From Archaeoglobus fulgidus DSM 4304 (lineage in GTDB: Archaea; Halobacteriota; Archaeoglobi; Archaeoglobales; Archaeoglobaceae), in contig NC_000917.1 of the NCBI RefSeq assembly GCF_000008665.1, forward strand, positions 420,001 through 452,000: a stretch of DNA of 32,000 nucleotides, written 5' to 3'. A program made the position numbers and the translations under genes. Below, piece by piece: positions 9,025 through 18,399 of the stretch. The notes under the pieces are model-generated. The model was given only the letters and a program-made list of their open reading frames with translations, made no database searches and had not been told where the DNA came from. The stretch's first letter is position 1. Every line of letters starts with the position of its first letter.

Positions 9025-10061
9025 AGCTCCCCCTCCACTATCTCTACAAGCTTCTCCGGAAGAATCAGAGAGCCGAAGTACGAGACACCTTTAACCCTGC
9101 AGCAGCAAACCCTCTCAACCTCCTTAACAACCTGCCCAGCATTCATCTCCGGCACAACCACAAGGTCTGCTTTTTTGGAGTATCTTCTGACAGCATCCTC
9201 CGGGAAGGGAAAGAGGCTCTCAAGCTTCAGGATTCCTGCAGATACACCTTTCTCCGCAAGAAGCTTCGCTGAGCTTTTAGCAAGCCTGTAGGAGGAGCCG
9301 TAGGCCACAAACAAAACTCCCTCCTCCCCCTCAAACCTTACCATTGGCCTGAAATCATCAAATTTCGCAAACAACAGCCTCAACAGCTTCTCATACTCCT
9401 CAAGGTCAGTTGTGGGAAGGCCGTTTTCGGTGTGAACCAGTCCTGTCCTGTGCCTTCTCCTCCCATCAATCAGGTTCTTCGCCCTCTTCTCGTAGCTCTC
9501 AATCTCGCCGAGAGGTGGTAGGGCAACGCTCTCCCTCATGTGCCCAACAATCTCATCGCTCAGCACGATGACTGGAGTGGAAAACCTGAAGGCGATTTTG
9601 AAGGCCTCCACAGTGAGGTAGTACATGTCCTTCACAGATGCTGGAGCCAGAACCACGATGGGGTAGTCTCCGTGACTTCCATACCTCGCCTGCATCGCGT
9701 CCCCCTGAGAGGGGGCTGTTGGAATCCCCGTTGACGGGCCAGCTCTCATGACGTTGAAAATCACAACCGGTGACTCTGTTATGGCAGCGTAGCCCATGCC
9801 TTCCTGCATCAGGCTGAATCCCGGCCCAGAGGTGGCGGTCATCGCAACTGCACCCGCCATTGAGGCACCGATTACCGCAGAGATGCTCGCAATCTCATCC
9901 TCCATCTGAATGAAAACTCCACCAAATTTTGGTAGCAGCTCAGCCATTCCGTGGGCTATTTCCGATGAGGGGGTTATTGGATAACCTGCAAAAAAGTTGC
10001 AGCCGGCGTTGATTGCTCCCCTCACCGCAGCCTCATTCCCCTGAATCAGCTCCATCTCCAC
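9021..10061 (-). CDS. korA: 2-oxoacid:ferredoxin oxidoreductase, alpha subunit
   Basis: GNEAAVRGAINAGCNFFAGYPITPSSEIAH, QMEDEIASI, TATSGPGFSLMQE. 4-nt overlap with korB. Confidence 0.9.
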   Translation of the reverse strand: MEMELIQGNEAAVRGAINAGCNFFAGYPITPSSEIAHGMAELLPKFGGVFIQMEDEIASISAVIGASMAGAVAMTATSGPGFSLMQEGMGYAAITESPVVIFNVMRAGPSTGIPTAPSQGDAMQARYGSHGDYPIVVLAPASVKDMYYLTVEAFKIAFRFSTPVIVLSDEIVGHMRESVALPPLGEIESYEKRAKNLIDGRRRHRTGLVHTENGLPTTDLEEYEKLLRLLFAKFDDFRPMVRFEGEEGVLFVAYGSSYRLAKSSAKLLAEKGVSAGILKLESLFPFPEDAVRRYSKKADLVVVPEMNAGQVVKEVERVCCCRVKGVSYFGSLILPEKLVEIVEGEL

Positions 10062-10236
10062 CCACCCTGAAAACCTCTATCGCAAAATCAGGACAGTAAA
10101 GCTCGCAGAGTCTGCATCCGGAACACTTTCTCCCGTTCAAAACGCTACCACCCTCACCAAAAACTCCCTTCGGACAAATTTCACTGCATATCCCGCACTT
10201 CTTGCAGAGATTTAAGTCAACTACAACGGCGTACAT
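10033..10236 (-). CDS. korD: 2-oxoacid:ferredoxin oxidoreductase, delta (ferredoxin) subunit
   Basis: 67 aa; CKKCGICSEICP and CSGCRLCELYCP. Precedes and overlaps korA. Confidence 0.85.
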   Translation of the reverse strand: MYAVVVDLNLCKKCGICSEICPKGVFGEGGSVLNGRKCSGCRLCELYCPDFAIEVFRVGGDGADSGE

Positions 10237-10250
10237 CTAAAACCAAGAAG

Positions 10251-10814
10251 TCATGAAAGAATATATGGTTTAACCACATGCGAAACAACCTTGGGTTTGG
10301 TAACCCTCCTTCCCATCTCGAATCCGATTCTGAAAGCCTTTACGTTCTCCTCCGCCTTCCTCATTCTCTTCTGAATAACCACCTCCACTTTCTCGGGCTG
10401 CAATCCGAGCATAGCTGTCAGAGCTCCTATGGCAATCATGTTGGCAAATAAAGGAGTTCCGAACTCCCGAATGGATGTTTCGGTGAAGGGAAAGCCGAGC
10501 CCCCTCCTTGCATTCACAAGAGAGGAGTCGTAAATCACGTGGGTTTCTCCATCAACCTGAGGATAGTATTTTCTGTAAGCTGAATCGTGAAGAACTAAGA
10601 GATAATCAACTCTCCTCAATCCGGGAAAGTCAATTTCATCATCACTTACAATGATATCGGCCCTCGAAGCCCCACCTCTCGCTTCAGGGCCGTAACTCTG
10701 AGTTTGAACAACGTTTTTACCTTCAAGGGCGAAAGCTTCAGCTAAAACCAATCCGGCCTTAATCACACCCTGCCCCCCTGTTCCCGCAATCCTGATGTTT
10801 ACCTCACGGGGCAT
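10251..10814 (-). CDS. korG: 2-oxoacid:ferredoxin oxidoreductase, gamma subunit
   Basis: NIRIAGTGGQGVIKAGLVLAEA and TQSYGPEARGGASRADIIVSDDEIDFP motifs. Confidence 0.9.
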   Translation of the reverse strand: MPREVNIRIAGTGGQGVIKAGLVLAEAFALEGKNVVQTQSYGPEARGGASRADIIVSDDEIDFPGLRRVDYLLVLHDSAYRKYYPQVDGETHVIYDSSLVNARRGLGFPFTETSIREFGTPLFANMIAIGALTAMLGLQPEKVEVVIQKRMRKAEENVKAFRIGFEMGRRVTKPKVVSHVVKPYILS

Positions 10815-10939
10815 GTTTAAATATTCCGCATGAAATTTTATAAATCTTTCCTATATATTACTCCCAACCCTTCAGATGAATACATCAACTATTGAGGCAT
10901 ACGTATTGTTTAAATACAACAAAAACAAATAGTTTATCA

Positions 10940-11902
10940 ATGAAAATAAGGAAACTTCAACTCGTCGGCGGCTCAAGCTACGCTATCTCCCTGCCAAAAG
11001 AGTGGATTTCAAAGCACAACCTCAAGCAGGGAGATGAAGTTGTGCTGAGGGAGTTTGATGAGTTTATAGTTGTGCAGCCTCAAACAGTCGAAAAGGAGGT
11101 TAAAGTCGTCGTAAGGGACATTCCAAGCTTTGAAAAGAGGTTCCTTAGGAGGTTTTTGGGCTCAATCTACTCTCTCGGAGTTGACAGAATCGTTCTGGAG
11201 AAGGGAGGGATTGACAGGCACATTACAGACATTTCTGAAATTTCTCACCACTTTATCGGAATGGAGGTGCTCGACTGCACTTCAAACAGTGTTGTTTTGC
11301 AGATTTTCACAATTCCTGATTTTGACATTGTCACAATACTGAAAAGGATGCTTCAGATTCTTTCCGGACTGATGGGCGAGATGGAAAGGAGTTTGCCACT
11401 CGAAAGTCCAAATGTGAAGGAAATTCTCGAAAGGATTCAGAGGTATGAGGAGGATTTTGACAGGCTATATCTGCTTGCGGTCAGAATCGTCAACAGAGGA
11501 ATGAAAAAGATTGCAGTGTCGAACTGGGATGAGCTGAGGTTTTTGCTTGGCTCAAGAATTATAGCAAAGTTCTACGAGGAGATTGCGGATACACTGCTAA
11601 TCTTCTCACGGTACATATGGGATTACAGTTTGGATGTTAGAAGGGAAGTTCAGAAGTTTTTCTTTGACCTCCAGGAAGCTTTGGAGAAGAGTTTTAAGGC
11701 CTTCACGCAGTCGGAGATGTCTGTAATCGAGGATTACATTTCCTTTGTTGGAGAACTTTCACAAAAGATTCAGCAGTCGATAAGCAGCAATCCAGAGGGC
11801 ATGATTGTCAAGGAGCTCCTCCTCCAGACGTGCAGAATGCTCGAGTCCATTGGCGAAATAGAGTTCAACAAAACTGTAAGGGAGATGCTGAAGCAGGAAT
11901 AA
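10940..11902 (+). CDS. SpoVT/AbrB DNA-binding domain fused to PhoU-like domains; putative regulator
   Basis: MKIRKLQLVGGSSYAISLPKEWISKHNLKQGDEVVLREF is AbrB-like, followed by a long PhoU-like helical region. ATG at 10940 is preferred over 10892 because of the promoter spacing. Confidence 0.8.
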   Translation: MKIRKLQLVGGSSYAISLPKEWISKHNLKQGDEVVLREFDEFIVVQPQTVEKEVKVVVRDIPSFEKRFLRRFLGSIYSLGVDRIVLEKGGIDRHITDISEISHHFIGMEVLDCTSNSVVLQIFTIPDFDIVTILKRMLQILSGLMGEMERSLPLESPNVKEILERIQRYEEDFDRLYLLAVRIVNRGMKKIAVSNWDELRFLLGSRIIAKFYEEIADTLLIFSRYIWDYSLDVRREVQKFFFDLQEALEKSFKAFTQSEMSVIEDYISFVGELSQKIQQSISSNPEGMIVKELLLQTCRMLESIGEIEFNKTVREMLKQE

Positions 11903-11911
11903 AAAATTGAA

Positions 11912-14326
11912 TTAGCTTCTGAGCTTTGCCTGGTATCCTGCTGCTTCAACTGCCTTTATGTATTTATCCACATCCTCTTTGTTTCCAGCAACAACAGCCT
12001 CGTTCAAATCGACCTTTTCAACCTTCGCTCCTGCTTCCTCCAAAGCCTTCTTCACCCTGGCCACGCAGTGGTGGCATGACAGTCCTGAAAGCTCCAATAC
12101 AATCTTCTCCACACTATCACCTCCCCTCCTTATCGGAGGAACGTAATTTCTCAAGAGCAGGGAGTTTGCCACAACACTCACGCTGCTCATCGCCATAGCC
12201 AAACCTGCAAATTCGGGGCGGAAGACAACGCCAAAGATGGGATAAAGCAAGCCCGCCGCGGCGGGAATTAAGATTACGTTGTAAATCAAGGCCCAGAAAA
12301 TGTTCTGCTTGATTTTGCTCATGGTCTTTCTGCTGAGCTGAATTGCCGCTACGACGTCCCTAAGGTCGTCCCTTATAAGCACAATGTCTCCGCTTTCAAC
12401 AGCCACATCCGACCCGCTCCCTACGGCAATGCCGAGGTCTGCCTGAGCCAGTGCCGGGGCATCGTTTATGCCGTCCCCCACAAAGGCTACAACCTCCTTA
12501 GCCTGCAGCTTTTTGACCTCCTCGGACTTCTGATGTGGCAGAACCTCCGCAATGACGAGGTCGAGGTTCAGCTCTCTGGAAATGGCTTCGGCGCTCCTCC
12601 AGTTATCCCCTGTAATCATTCCAACCTTTATCCCCATTCTTTTAAGCTCCTGCACAGCAGGTTTCGCAGATTCCTTGAGCGTGTCAGAAACCGCTATAAT
12701 CCCCTCAACTCTGCCGTTCCTTGCAACAATTACGGCGGTCTTGGCTTCCCTTTCCAGCTTCTCCAGCGCTAGCTCAACTTCATTGCTAACAGCAACCCCA
12801 AAGTCCTCCATCAACCTTTTGTTCCCCACCAAAATGCCGTCTGCCACAACACCTTCGCCAGCAATGACCTCAACCTTCTCGGGCTCGCCAAGCTCAATGC
12901 CATGCTCTAAAGCCTTTTTAACGATGGCCTCAGCAATGGGATGCTCACTCCTCCTCTCGGCTATCGCAGCCAACCTCAAAAGTTCCCTTTCATCCCCGTT
13001 GAGGGGAACTAAATCCGTAACCTCCGGTTTTCCTTTGGTGAGAGTGCCCGTTTTATCAAAAATTACAGCTGTGACCTTTTCAGCCACTTCGAGAGCGTCG
13101 GCATTTTTTATAAGAATTCCGAGCTCGGCCCCCTTTCCCATTCCAACAGTTAATGCTGTCGGTGTGGCAAGGCCGAAAGCGCAGGGGCAGGCAACCACCA
13201 GAACCGCGATGAGCGTTGTGAAGGCAAAGAGCAACGGAGCGTGGGCGATGAAGTACCAGTAAATGAAAGCTGAGATCGCAACGAGAAGCACTGTGGGGAT
13301 GAAATATGCAACGACTTTGTCTGCCAGCCTTTGAATCGGAGGTTTGCTGCCCATCGCGTCCTCGACCAGCTTTACAATCTGGGCAAGAAGAGTTTCACCC
13401 CCAACCCTCGTGGCCCTTATTTTCAAAACACCCGTGTTGTTGATTGTTGCCCCGAAAACCTCATCACCTTTGCTCTTCAACACTGGCACAGGCTCACCTG
13501 AAATCATCGACTCGTCAACGTAGCTCTCCCCCTCCACCACCACACCGTCAACCGGTATCTTCTCCCCAGGCCTAACAATCACGATGTCTCCAACAGCAAC
13601 CTCCTCAACCGGAACCGCTATTTCCTTTCCATCCCTGATTACAACCGCTGTTTTCGCCTGAAGCCCTACGAGCTTCTTTATGGCCTCCCCGGTTCTGCTC
13701 TTCGCCCTCGCCTCAAGCGTTCTGCCAAGGAGAAGAAAGGCAAGCAGCAAAACCGACGTCTCGTAAAAAGAGTATTCTCTTGGAAGGACTCCGGCGGTTG
13801 ATAGAACGCTTGCAAGGAAAGCCGCCCCAACTCCCATTGAGTACATTACATCCATGTTAAGCGTTCTGCGCCTCAAAGCGGAGAATGCAGCCTTGAAAAT
13901 CGAGCTCCCCGAATAAAAGATAGCGGGCAAGGCTATCAAGAGCTGAACGAAGTCCTCGTAAGGTAAGCTGATAAAGTGCGCAAGAAAGAGCAGCAATACT
14001 CCGGCAAAGGCTGCCACGTAGAGCTTCCTTTTCATTCTTGAAAGGTGCTCAACCTCCGCACTAACAGCAGCTTGCTCATCCACCACACCATAACCGAGGT
14101 CCTCAATCACCCTCTTTATCGTTTCAAAATCGATCCTTTTCTCGTCAAACCTTATAAAAGCCGTCTCGGTGGCGAGATTTACCCTAACCTCTTCAACACC
14201 CTCCAGGCTTCCAACAGCCGTCTCAATCGACTTGACGCACATGGCGCACGTCATTCCGGTAACTCTGACGGTTCTTTCCATTGGCGGAGTCTTGCTGGCT
14301 GAAGAGATATAAGTATCCTTTACCAC
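11912..14326 (-). CDS. copA: Cu+-exporting P1B-type ATPase CopA
   Basis: N-MBD GMTCAMC, CPC motif [34 protein letters not shown]-terminal MBD GLSCHHC. GTG start at 14326. Confidence 0.95.
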   Translation of the reverse strand: MVKDTYISSASKTPPMERTVRVTGMTCAMCVKSIETAVGSLEGVEEVRVNLATETAFIRFDEKRIDFETIKRVIEDLGYGVVDEQAAVSAEVEHLSRMKRKLYVAAFAGVLLLFLAHFISLPYEDFVQLLIALPAIFYSGSSIFKAAFSALRRRTLNMDVMYSMGVGAAFLASVLSTAGVLPREYSFYETSVLLLAFLLLGRTLEARAKSRTGEAIKKLVGLQAKTAVVIRDGKEIAVPVEEVAVGDIVIVRPGEKIPVDGVVVEGESYVDESMISGEPVPVLKSKGDEVFGATINNTGVLKIRATRVGGETLLAQIVKLVEDAMGSKPPIQRLADKVVAYFIPTVLLVAISAFIYWYFIAHAPLLFAFTTLIAVLVVACPCAFGLATPTALTVGMGKGAELGILIKNADALEVAEKVTAVIFDKTGTLTKGKPEVTDLVPLNGDERELLRLAAIAERRSEHPIAEAIVKKALEHGIELGEPEKVEVIAGEGVVADGILVGNKRLMEDFGVAVSNEVELALEKLEREAKTAVIVARNGRVEGIIAVSDTLKESAKPAVQELKRMGIKVGMITGDNWRSAEAISRELNLDLVIAEVLPHQKSEEVKKLQAKEVVAFVGDGINDAPALAQADLGIAVGSGSDVAVESGDIVLIRDDLRDVVAAIQLSRKTMSKIKQNIFWALIYNVILIPAAAGLLYPIFGVVFRPEFAGLAMAMSSVSVVANSLLLRNYVPPIRRGGDSVEKIVLELSGLSCHHCVARVKKALEEAGAKVEKVDLNEAVVAGNKEDVDKYIKAVEAAGYQAKLRS

Positions 14327-14374
14327 TACGTAAAAATTGGATAAGCTTTTTTAACAATTTGTCAAATTTTTAGC
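14327..14374. promoter_or_regulatory. Divergent copA / TRASH-regulator promoter region
   Basis: 48-bp AT-rich intergenic region containing the inverted repeat AAATTG (14334-14339) / CAATTT (14355-14360) and shared TATA-like sequence. Confidence 0.5.
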
Positions 14375-14917
14375 ATGAAACTCGACGAAGTTGACCTTAA
14401 AATTATCAACATTCTTAAAGCTAACTCCAGAGTCAGCATAACGGAGATTGCCAAGGCCCTCAACCTCAGCAGGCAGACTGTCAAGGCGAGAATCGAGAGG
14501 CTCGAGAATGAAGGAGTTATTGAGGGCTACACCATAAAGCTTGCCAGCAGCTTCGAGAATCTCGGAAGTTCTGCATATCTGCTTGCCAACACAGAGGACG
14601 CTGAAAAGATACTCGAGATGGAGGAGGTTGTTGAGGTCAATAGGATTGCCAGCAAAAAGTACCTCATCAGAGTTCAGCTGAACAGTCTCGAGGATTTGTC
14701 GAGAGTAATGGACAAAGCCGAGATTCTCGAGGTCTTTCCTGTTACTGAGAGAATAGCAAAAGAAGTGCCGTTCAAAGCCAAAGTAAACTACAGATGCGAC
14801 TACTGCGGAAAGGAGATGTGCGATGAACCGATTGTTTACAGGCTAAAAAACAAAGTCTACGTTTTGTGCTGTAAGACTTGCCTCAGGGAGTTTAAAGAAA
14901 TACAAAAAGAGAATTAG
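14375..14917 (+). CDS. Lrp/AsnC-type HTH regulator with C-terminal TRASH metal-binding domain (CopR-like)
   Basis: N-terminal AsnC-like [39 protein letters not shown]; C-terminal [33 protein letters not shown]; divergent from copA. Confidence 0.88.
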   Translation: MKLDEVDLKIINILKANSRVSITEIAKALNLSRQTVKARIERLENEGVIEGYTIKLASSFENLGSSAYLLANTEDAEKILEMEEVVEVNRIASKKYLIRVQLNSLEDLSRVMDKAEILEVFPVTERIAKEVPFKAKVNYRCDYCGKEMCDEPIVYRLKNKVYVLCCKTCLREFKEIQKEN

Positions 14918-16026
14918 GCTTTGTAAAGCTTATCTCTCAGCTTAAGAGCAACGTTGACCAGCATAATCAAAACCGGAACCTCTATGAGCGGTCCAATCAC
15001 TGTGGCAAAGGCCTGATTGCTGTGTATCCCCCAGATGGCAACAGCTACTGCAATTGCCAGCTCAAAGTCGTTGCTTGCAGCGGTGAATGAAACAGCGGTG
15101 GTTTTCGGATAGTCAACACCCAGCTTGTAGGCTATGAAGAAGGTTATGAACCACATGATGAGGAAGTATAGCGTCAGCGGGATTGCAACTCTAACAACCT
15201 GCATCGGCAGCTCGACGATGTACTCGCCCTTCAGTGAGAACATCACGACGATGGTGAAGAGCAGTGCTGCGGGCGTGATGAGGCTTATTTTCGGAGCCAG
15301 AACGTTTTCAAACCACTCTCTTCCCTTAAGCCTGAAGCTGCCGTACCTTGTGGCAACGCCCATGATGAAGGGAATTCCGAGGTAGATGAAGACAGTCTTT
15401 GCTGCCTCGACTATGCTCACGTTGGCCTCAACTCCCTCAACCAGCCCGAGGGCGTTCAGAGCGAAGGTGATGAAGATGTAGATGTAAACCGCATAGAAGA
15501 GAATCTGGAAGATGGCGTTAAAGGCCACAAGCCCAACCGCAAGCTCTCTGTCACCCTCAGCAAGCTCGTTCCATACTATGACCATTGCAATGCATCTCGC
15601 CAGCCCAACGAGGATAACACCAATCATGAACTCCGGCATGTCCCTCAGAAGAGCGATGGCAAGCAAAAACATCACCACTGGCCCCACAATCCAGTTCTGC
15701 GTTAGAGAGAAGGCGAGAAGCTTGAGGTTGCTGAATACCTTTCCCATCTCCTCATACCTGACCTTGGCGAGAGGTGGGTACATCATCAGAATAAGGCCAA
15801 TGGCAATGGGAATGGATGTTGTGCCAATGCTGAGAGAGCCGATGATGTTCGCAATGTCAGGATAGACATAGCCGAGGGCAACTCCCCCAATTATTGCGAG
15901 AAAGATCCACAGAGTCAGAAATTTCTCGATTATTGAGAGCTCCTTCTTCTCCTCAAGCGTTACGTAGTGTTCCACCACCTTTTCAGCCTTCTTGATGTCC
16001 CTTTCTATGTCATCAATTCTGCTCAC
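14914..16026 (-). CDS. acr3: ACR3-type arsenite efflux permease family
   Basis: Multi-TM protein with ACR3-like segments [70 protein letters not shown]-type motif. GTG start. Confidence 0.85.
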   Translation of the reverse strand: MSRIDDIERDIKKAEKVVEHYVTLEEKKELSIIEKFLTLWIFLAIIGGVALGYVYPDIANIIGSLSIGTTSIPIAIGLILMMYPPLAKVRYEEMGKVFSNLKLLAFSLTQNWIVGPVVMFLLAIALLRDMPEFMIGVILVGLARCIAMVIVWNELAEGDRELAVGLVAFNAIFQILFYAVYIYIFITFALNALGLVEGVEANVSIVEAAKTVFIYLGIPFIMGVATRYGSFRLKGREWFENVLAPKISLITPAALLFTIVVMFSLKGEYIVELPMQVVRVAIPLTLYFLIMWFITFFIAYKLGVDYPKTTAVSFTAASNDFELAIAVAVAIWGIHSNQAFATVIGPLIEVPVLIMLVNVALKLRDKLYKA

Positions 16027-16262
16027 CCTACCACCCCCTTAAGCATAGGTGCGATAATGCTCCTCATCTCCTCGTCCACCAACTCCGCCTTAACGAGAAT
16101 AAGGCAGCAAACCTCTTCGTTCTCATCACAGCCAGCAATTGCAACAAGCCTGTCTCCCGCTTTCAGTCCGGCTCTCTCCCTTAGCTCTTTGGGCAGCAAA
16201 ATCTGGCCCTTTGAGTCCATTGTGAGCACGGCTTCAATTTTCGTAGCTTTACAACTTTTCAT
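16023..16262 (-). CDS. AbrB/SpoVT family DNA-binding protein with Cys-rich segment
   Basis: [49 protein letters not shown]; 4-nt overlap with the permease gene. Confidence 0.8.
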   Translation of the reverse strand: MKSCKATKIEAVLTMDSKGQILLPKELRERAGLKAGDRLVAIAGCDENEEVCCLILVKAELVDEEMRSIIAPMLKGVVG

Positions 16263-16357
16263 GATTTTCCTAAAAATCGGATTTGATAAAGTTTTCTGAA
16301 TCAGCTTGTAACTTTAAACCTAAAACTTAACCAAAAACGAAGTCAGGCAGAACTCCC

Positions 16358-16386
16358 AAAAAATTTAAATCACGATTCGGTGATTT
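16358..16386 (+). promoter_or_regulatory. TATA-like element followed by a 7-bp inverted repeat upstream of the AAA ATPase
   Basis: AAAAAATTTAAAT, then AAATCAC-gattcg-GTGATTT (16367-16373 / 16380-16386). Confidence 0.45.
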
Positions 16387-16402
16387 GTAGGAAGTGTCCC
16401 AG

Positions 16403-17632
16403 ATGAGCGCTGTTAAGCTTGTGGAACTTCTGCTAACTGCAGAAATATTCAACAGGTATGAGGAGCTAACTGAAGATGACATACCGAAGGAAATCAGGAA
16501 ACTGCTCTACAACAAGGGAGGTATAAAAAGACCGGTAGTGATCAGGGAGGATACTGTAATGAGATATGCGGGGAAAGTTGAGCAGAAGCCACCTTTTGTT
16601 GACCTTAACTCCTTCTCAAGACAGTACATTCTCACATCCTTTGATTTAGCTGTCAAATGGTTTGCAAGCAGGGGAGTTGAGTTGATAAAGAAAAACCCCG
16701 CACTCGCTTACTTCTACCAGAATTACGACTCCCTCGATGTATCCTACGAGGAGGCGAAGAAGGCCAACCTTCCGAAGCACGGAGACAAGGAGTGGCTCAA
16801 AGGCTTGATAGAGGAACTTGAGAAGAAGGACGAGACAAGGGAGATGCTGTCCCTTGTGAGAGTGCTGTCCCCCGAAGAAATTCCAGTTGACTTCAGGGAG
16901 GTGGCCCTAAGCGAGGAGCAGCTTGAAGAGGTCAGGAAGATTGAGATTGCATTGGAAGAGAGAAGTTTTCTGAGGAAAATTGGCCTTTCGGACATTGGTA
17001 AGCTTCTGTTCATAGGCCCGCCCGGCACGGGAAAAACCACCACTGCGAGGGCCTTGAGCAAAAAGCTTTACCTTCCACTGCTTGAAGTGAAGCTCTCAAT
17101 GATTACAAGCCAGTATCTTGGCGAGACTTCGAAGAACATCGAGAAAATCTTCGACATAGCGAGAATGATGTCTCCCTGCATTCTGTTCATTGACGAGTTT
17201 GATTATGTTGCCAAAATGAGGACGAGCGACGAGCATGCTGCCATTAAAAGGGCCGTTAACACCCTCCTTAAATCCATCGACGACATAAACCTCGTTGAGG
17301 ATGGAGTTCTGCTTATAGCTGCAACAAACCACCCCTCCCTGCTCGACCCTGCAGTCTGGAGGAGGTTCGACAAGGTTATTGAGTTCCCTGAGCCTGCTGA
17401 AGCCATCAGGAAGAGAATCTTTGAAATATTTCTGGCAAGAATTGATGGCAATTTCAACATTGACGAGCTTGTGAGGGAGACCGATGGGTTTACGGGAGCG
17501 GACATAAAGCTCGTTGTTAGGGAAGCTGTTCTCGATGCCCTCCTTCAGGGGAGAAGAGAGCTCACTCAGGAAGACCTTCTGAATGCGATAAGGGAAGTCA
17601 GGGAGAGGCTCAAGCTTAAGAAATCCTACTGA
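16403..17632 (+). CDS. Single-AAA-domain ATPase (CDC48/FtsH-related AAA family)
   Basis: Walker A GPPGTGKTT, Walker B CILFIDEFD, sensor/arginine-finger region ATNHPSLLDPAVWRRFD. ATG at 16403 or GTG at 16394. Confidence 0.85.
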   Translation: MSAVKLVELLLTAEIFNRYEELTEDDIPKEIRKLLYNKGGIKRPVVIREDTVMRYAGKVEQKPPFVDLNSFSRQYILTSFDLAVKWFASRGVELIKKNPALAYFYQNYDSLDVSYEEAKKANLPKHGDKEWLKGLIEELEKKDETREMLSLVRVLSPEEIPVDFREVALSEEQLEEVRKIEIALEERSFLRKIGLSDIGKLLFIGPPGTGKTTTARALSKKLYLPLLEVKLSMITSQYLGETSKNIEKIFDIARMMSPCILFIDEFDYVAKMRTSDEHAAIKRAVNTLLKSIDDINLVEDGVLLIAATNHPSLLDPAVWRRFDKVIEFPEPAEAIRKRIFEIFLARIDGNFNIDELVRETDGFTGADIKLVVREAVLDALLQGRRELTQEDLLNAIREVRERLKLKKSY

Positions 17633-17634
17633 CC

Positions 17635-18399
17635 ATGATAGTCACTCTGCTTGGAACAGGTGACTCTCCCGGCACCCCTATTCTCAACTGTCACTGCAGA
17701 ACTTGCGAGGATGCGAGGAGGAAGGGATGGGAGAGGAAGAGGTTCTCGGTGATGGTTCAGAACAACGGCAAGACTGTGCTGATTGACACCTCTCCCGATT
17801 TGCGGAGGCAGCTTCTCGACTGCGGGGTGGAGAAGGTTGATGCGGTGATATGGACTCACTGCCACTTCGACCACTTTGGAGGTTTTGGCGAGTTTTACAG
17901 GGTCCAGAACAACGTTAAGGTTTACTCCACCCCTCAAATTCACGAAGATATAGGCCACTTCATGAAGTTCATGTCCTACAAGCCTGTAGAGGTGGAGGCG
18001 TTCGAGAATTTTACCATTGCCGGTATGGACTTCACACTCCTGCCGGTAAACCACCCGCCTGTGAGCGCTGTGGGAGTCAAGGTGGAGTGGAAGGGCTACA
18101 AGGTTGTCGTCAGCGGGGATACCAACGTGAGGATTCCTGAAGCAACTCTGAGAGAAATGCAGAATCCCGATTTGCTCATCGTAGAGGCTTTGGCCCCAAC
18201 TGGGAGGTTCAGGAAACACATGAATGCGAAAGAGGCTTTAGAACTCGCCAAAAGGCTGAATGCCGGCAAAGTCGTCCTCACGCACCTCGGCCACTTCTTC
18301 CCGCCGCACCATCTTGCGATTAAAAGTTATCCCGTGGGAGAGGATTATCAGTCCTTTTCCTTCGGAGAGGGGAGGCTCGATGAGTTCTTTGGGGATTGA
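17635..18399 (+). CDS. Metallo-beta-lactamase fold hydrolase, PhnP-like
   Basis: LLGTGDSPGTPILNCHCRTCEDA, THCHFDHFGG, VVVSGDTNVR, LTHLGH. Confidence 0.85.
   Translation: MIVTLLGTGDSPGTPILNCHCRTCEDARRKGWERKRFSVMVQNNGKTVLIDTSPDLRRQLLDCGVEKVDAVIWTHCHFDHFGGFGEFYRVQNNVKVYSTPQIHEDIGHFMKFMSYKPVEVEAFENFTIAGMDFTLLPVNHPPVSAVGVKVEWKGYKVVVSGDTNVRIPEATLREMQNPDLLIVEALAPTGRFRKHMNAKEALELAKRLNAGKVVLTHLGHFFPPHHLAIKSYPVGEDYQSFSFGEGRLDEFFGD

Noticed and set aside
12552-13262. 236-aa plus-strand ORF opposite copA
   Set aside because: Antisense to strongly supported CopA motifs; Ser/Pro/Thr-rich low-complexity composition typical of a shadow ORF in GC-rich coding DNA.
17626-18219. 197-aa minus-strand ORF opposite the MBL hydrolase
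   Set aside because: Antisense to a well-supported MBL-fold gene, no family motif.
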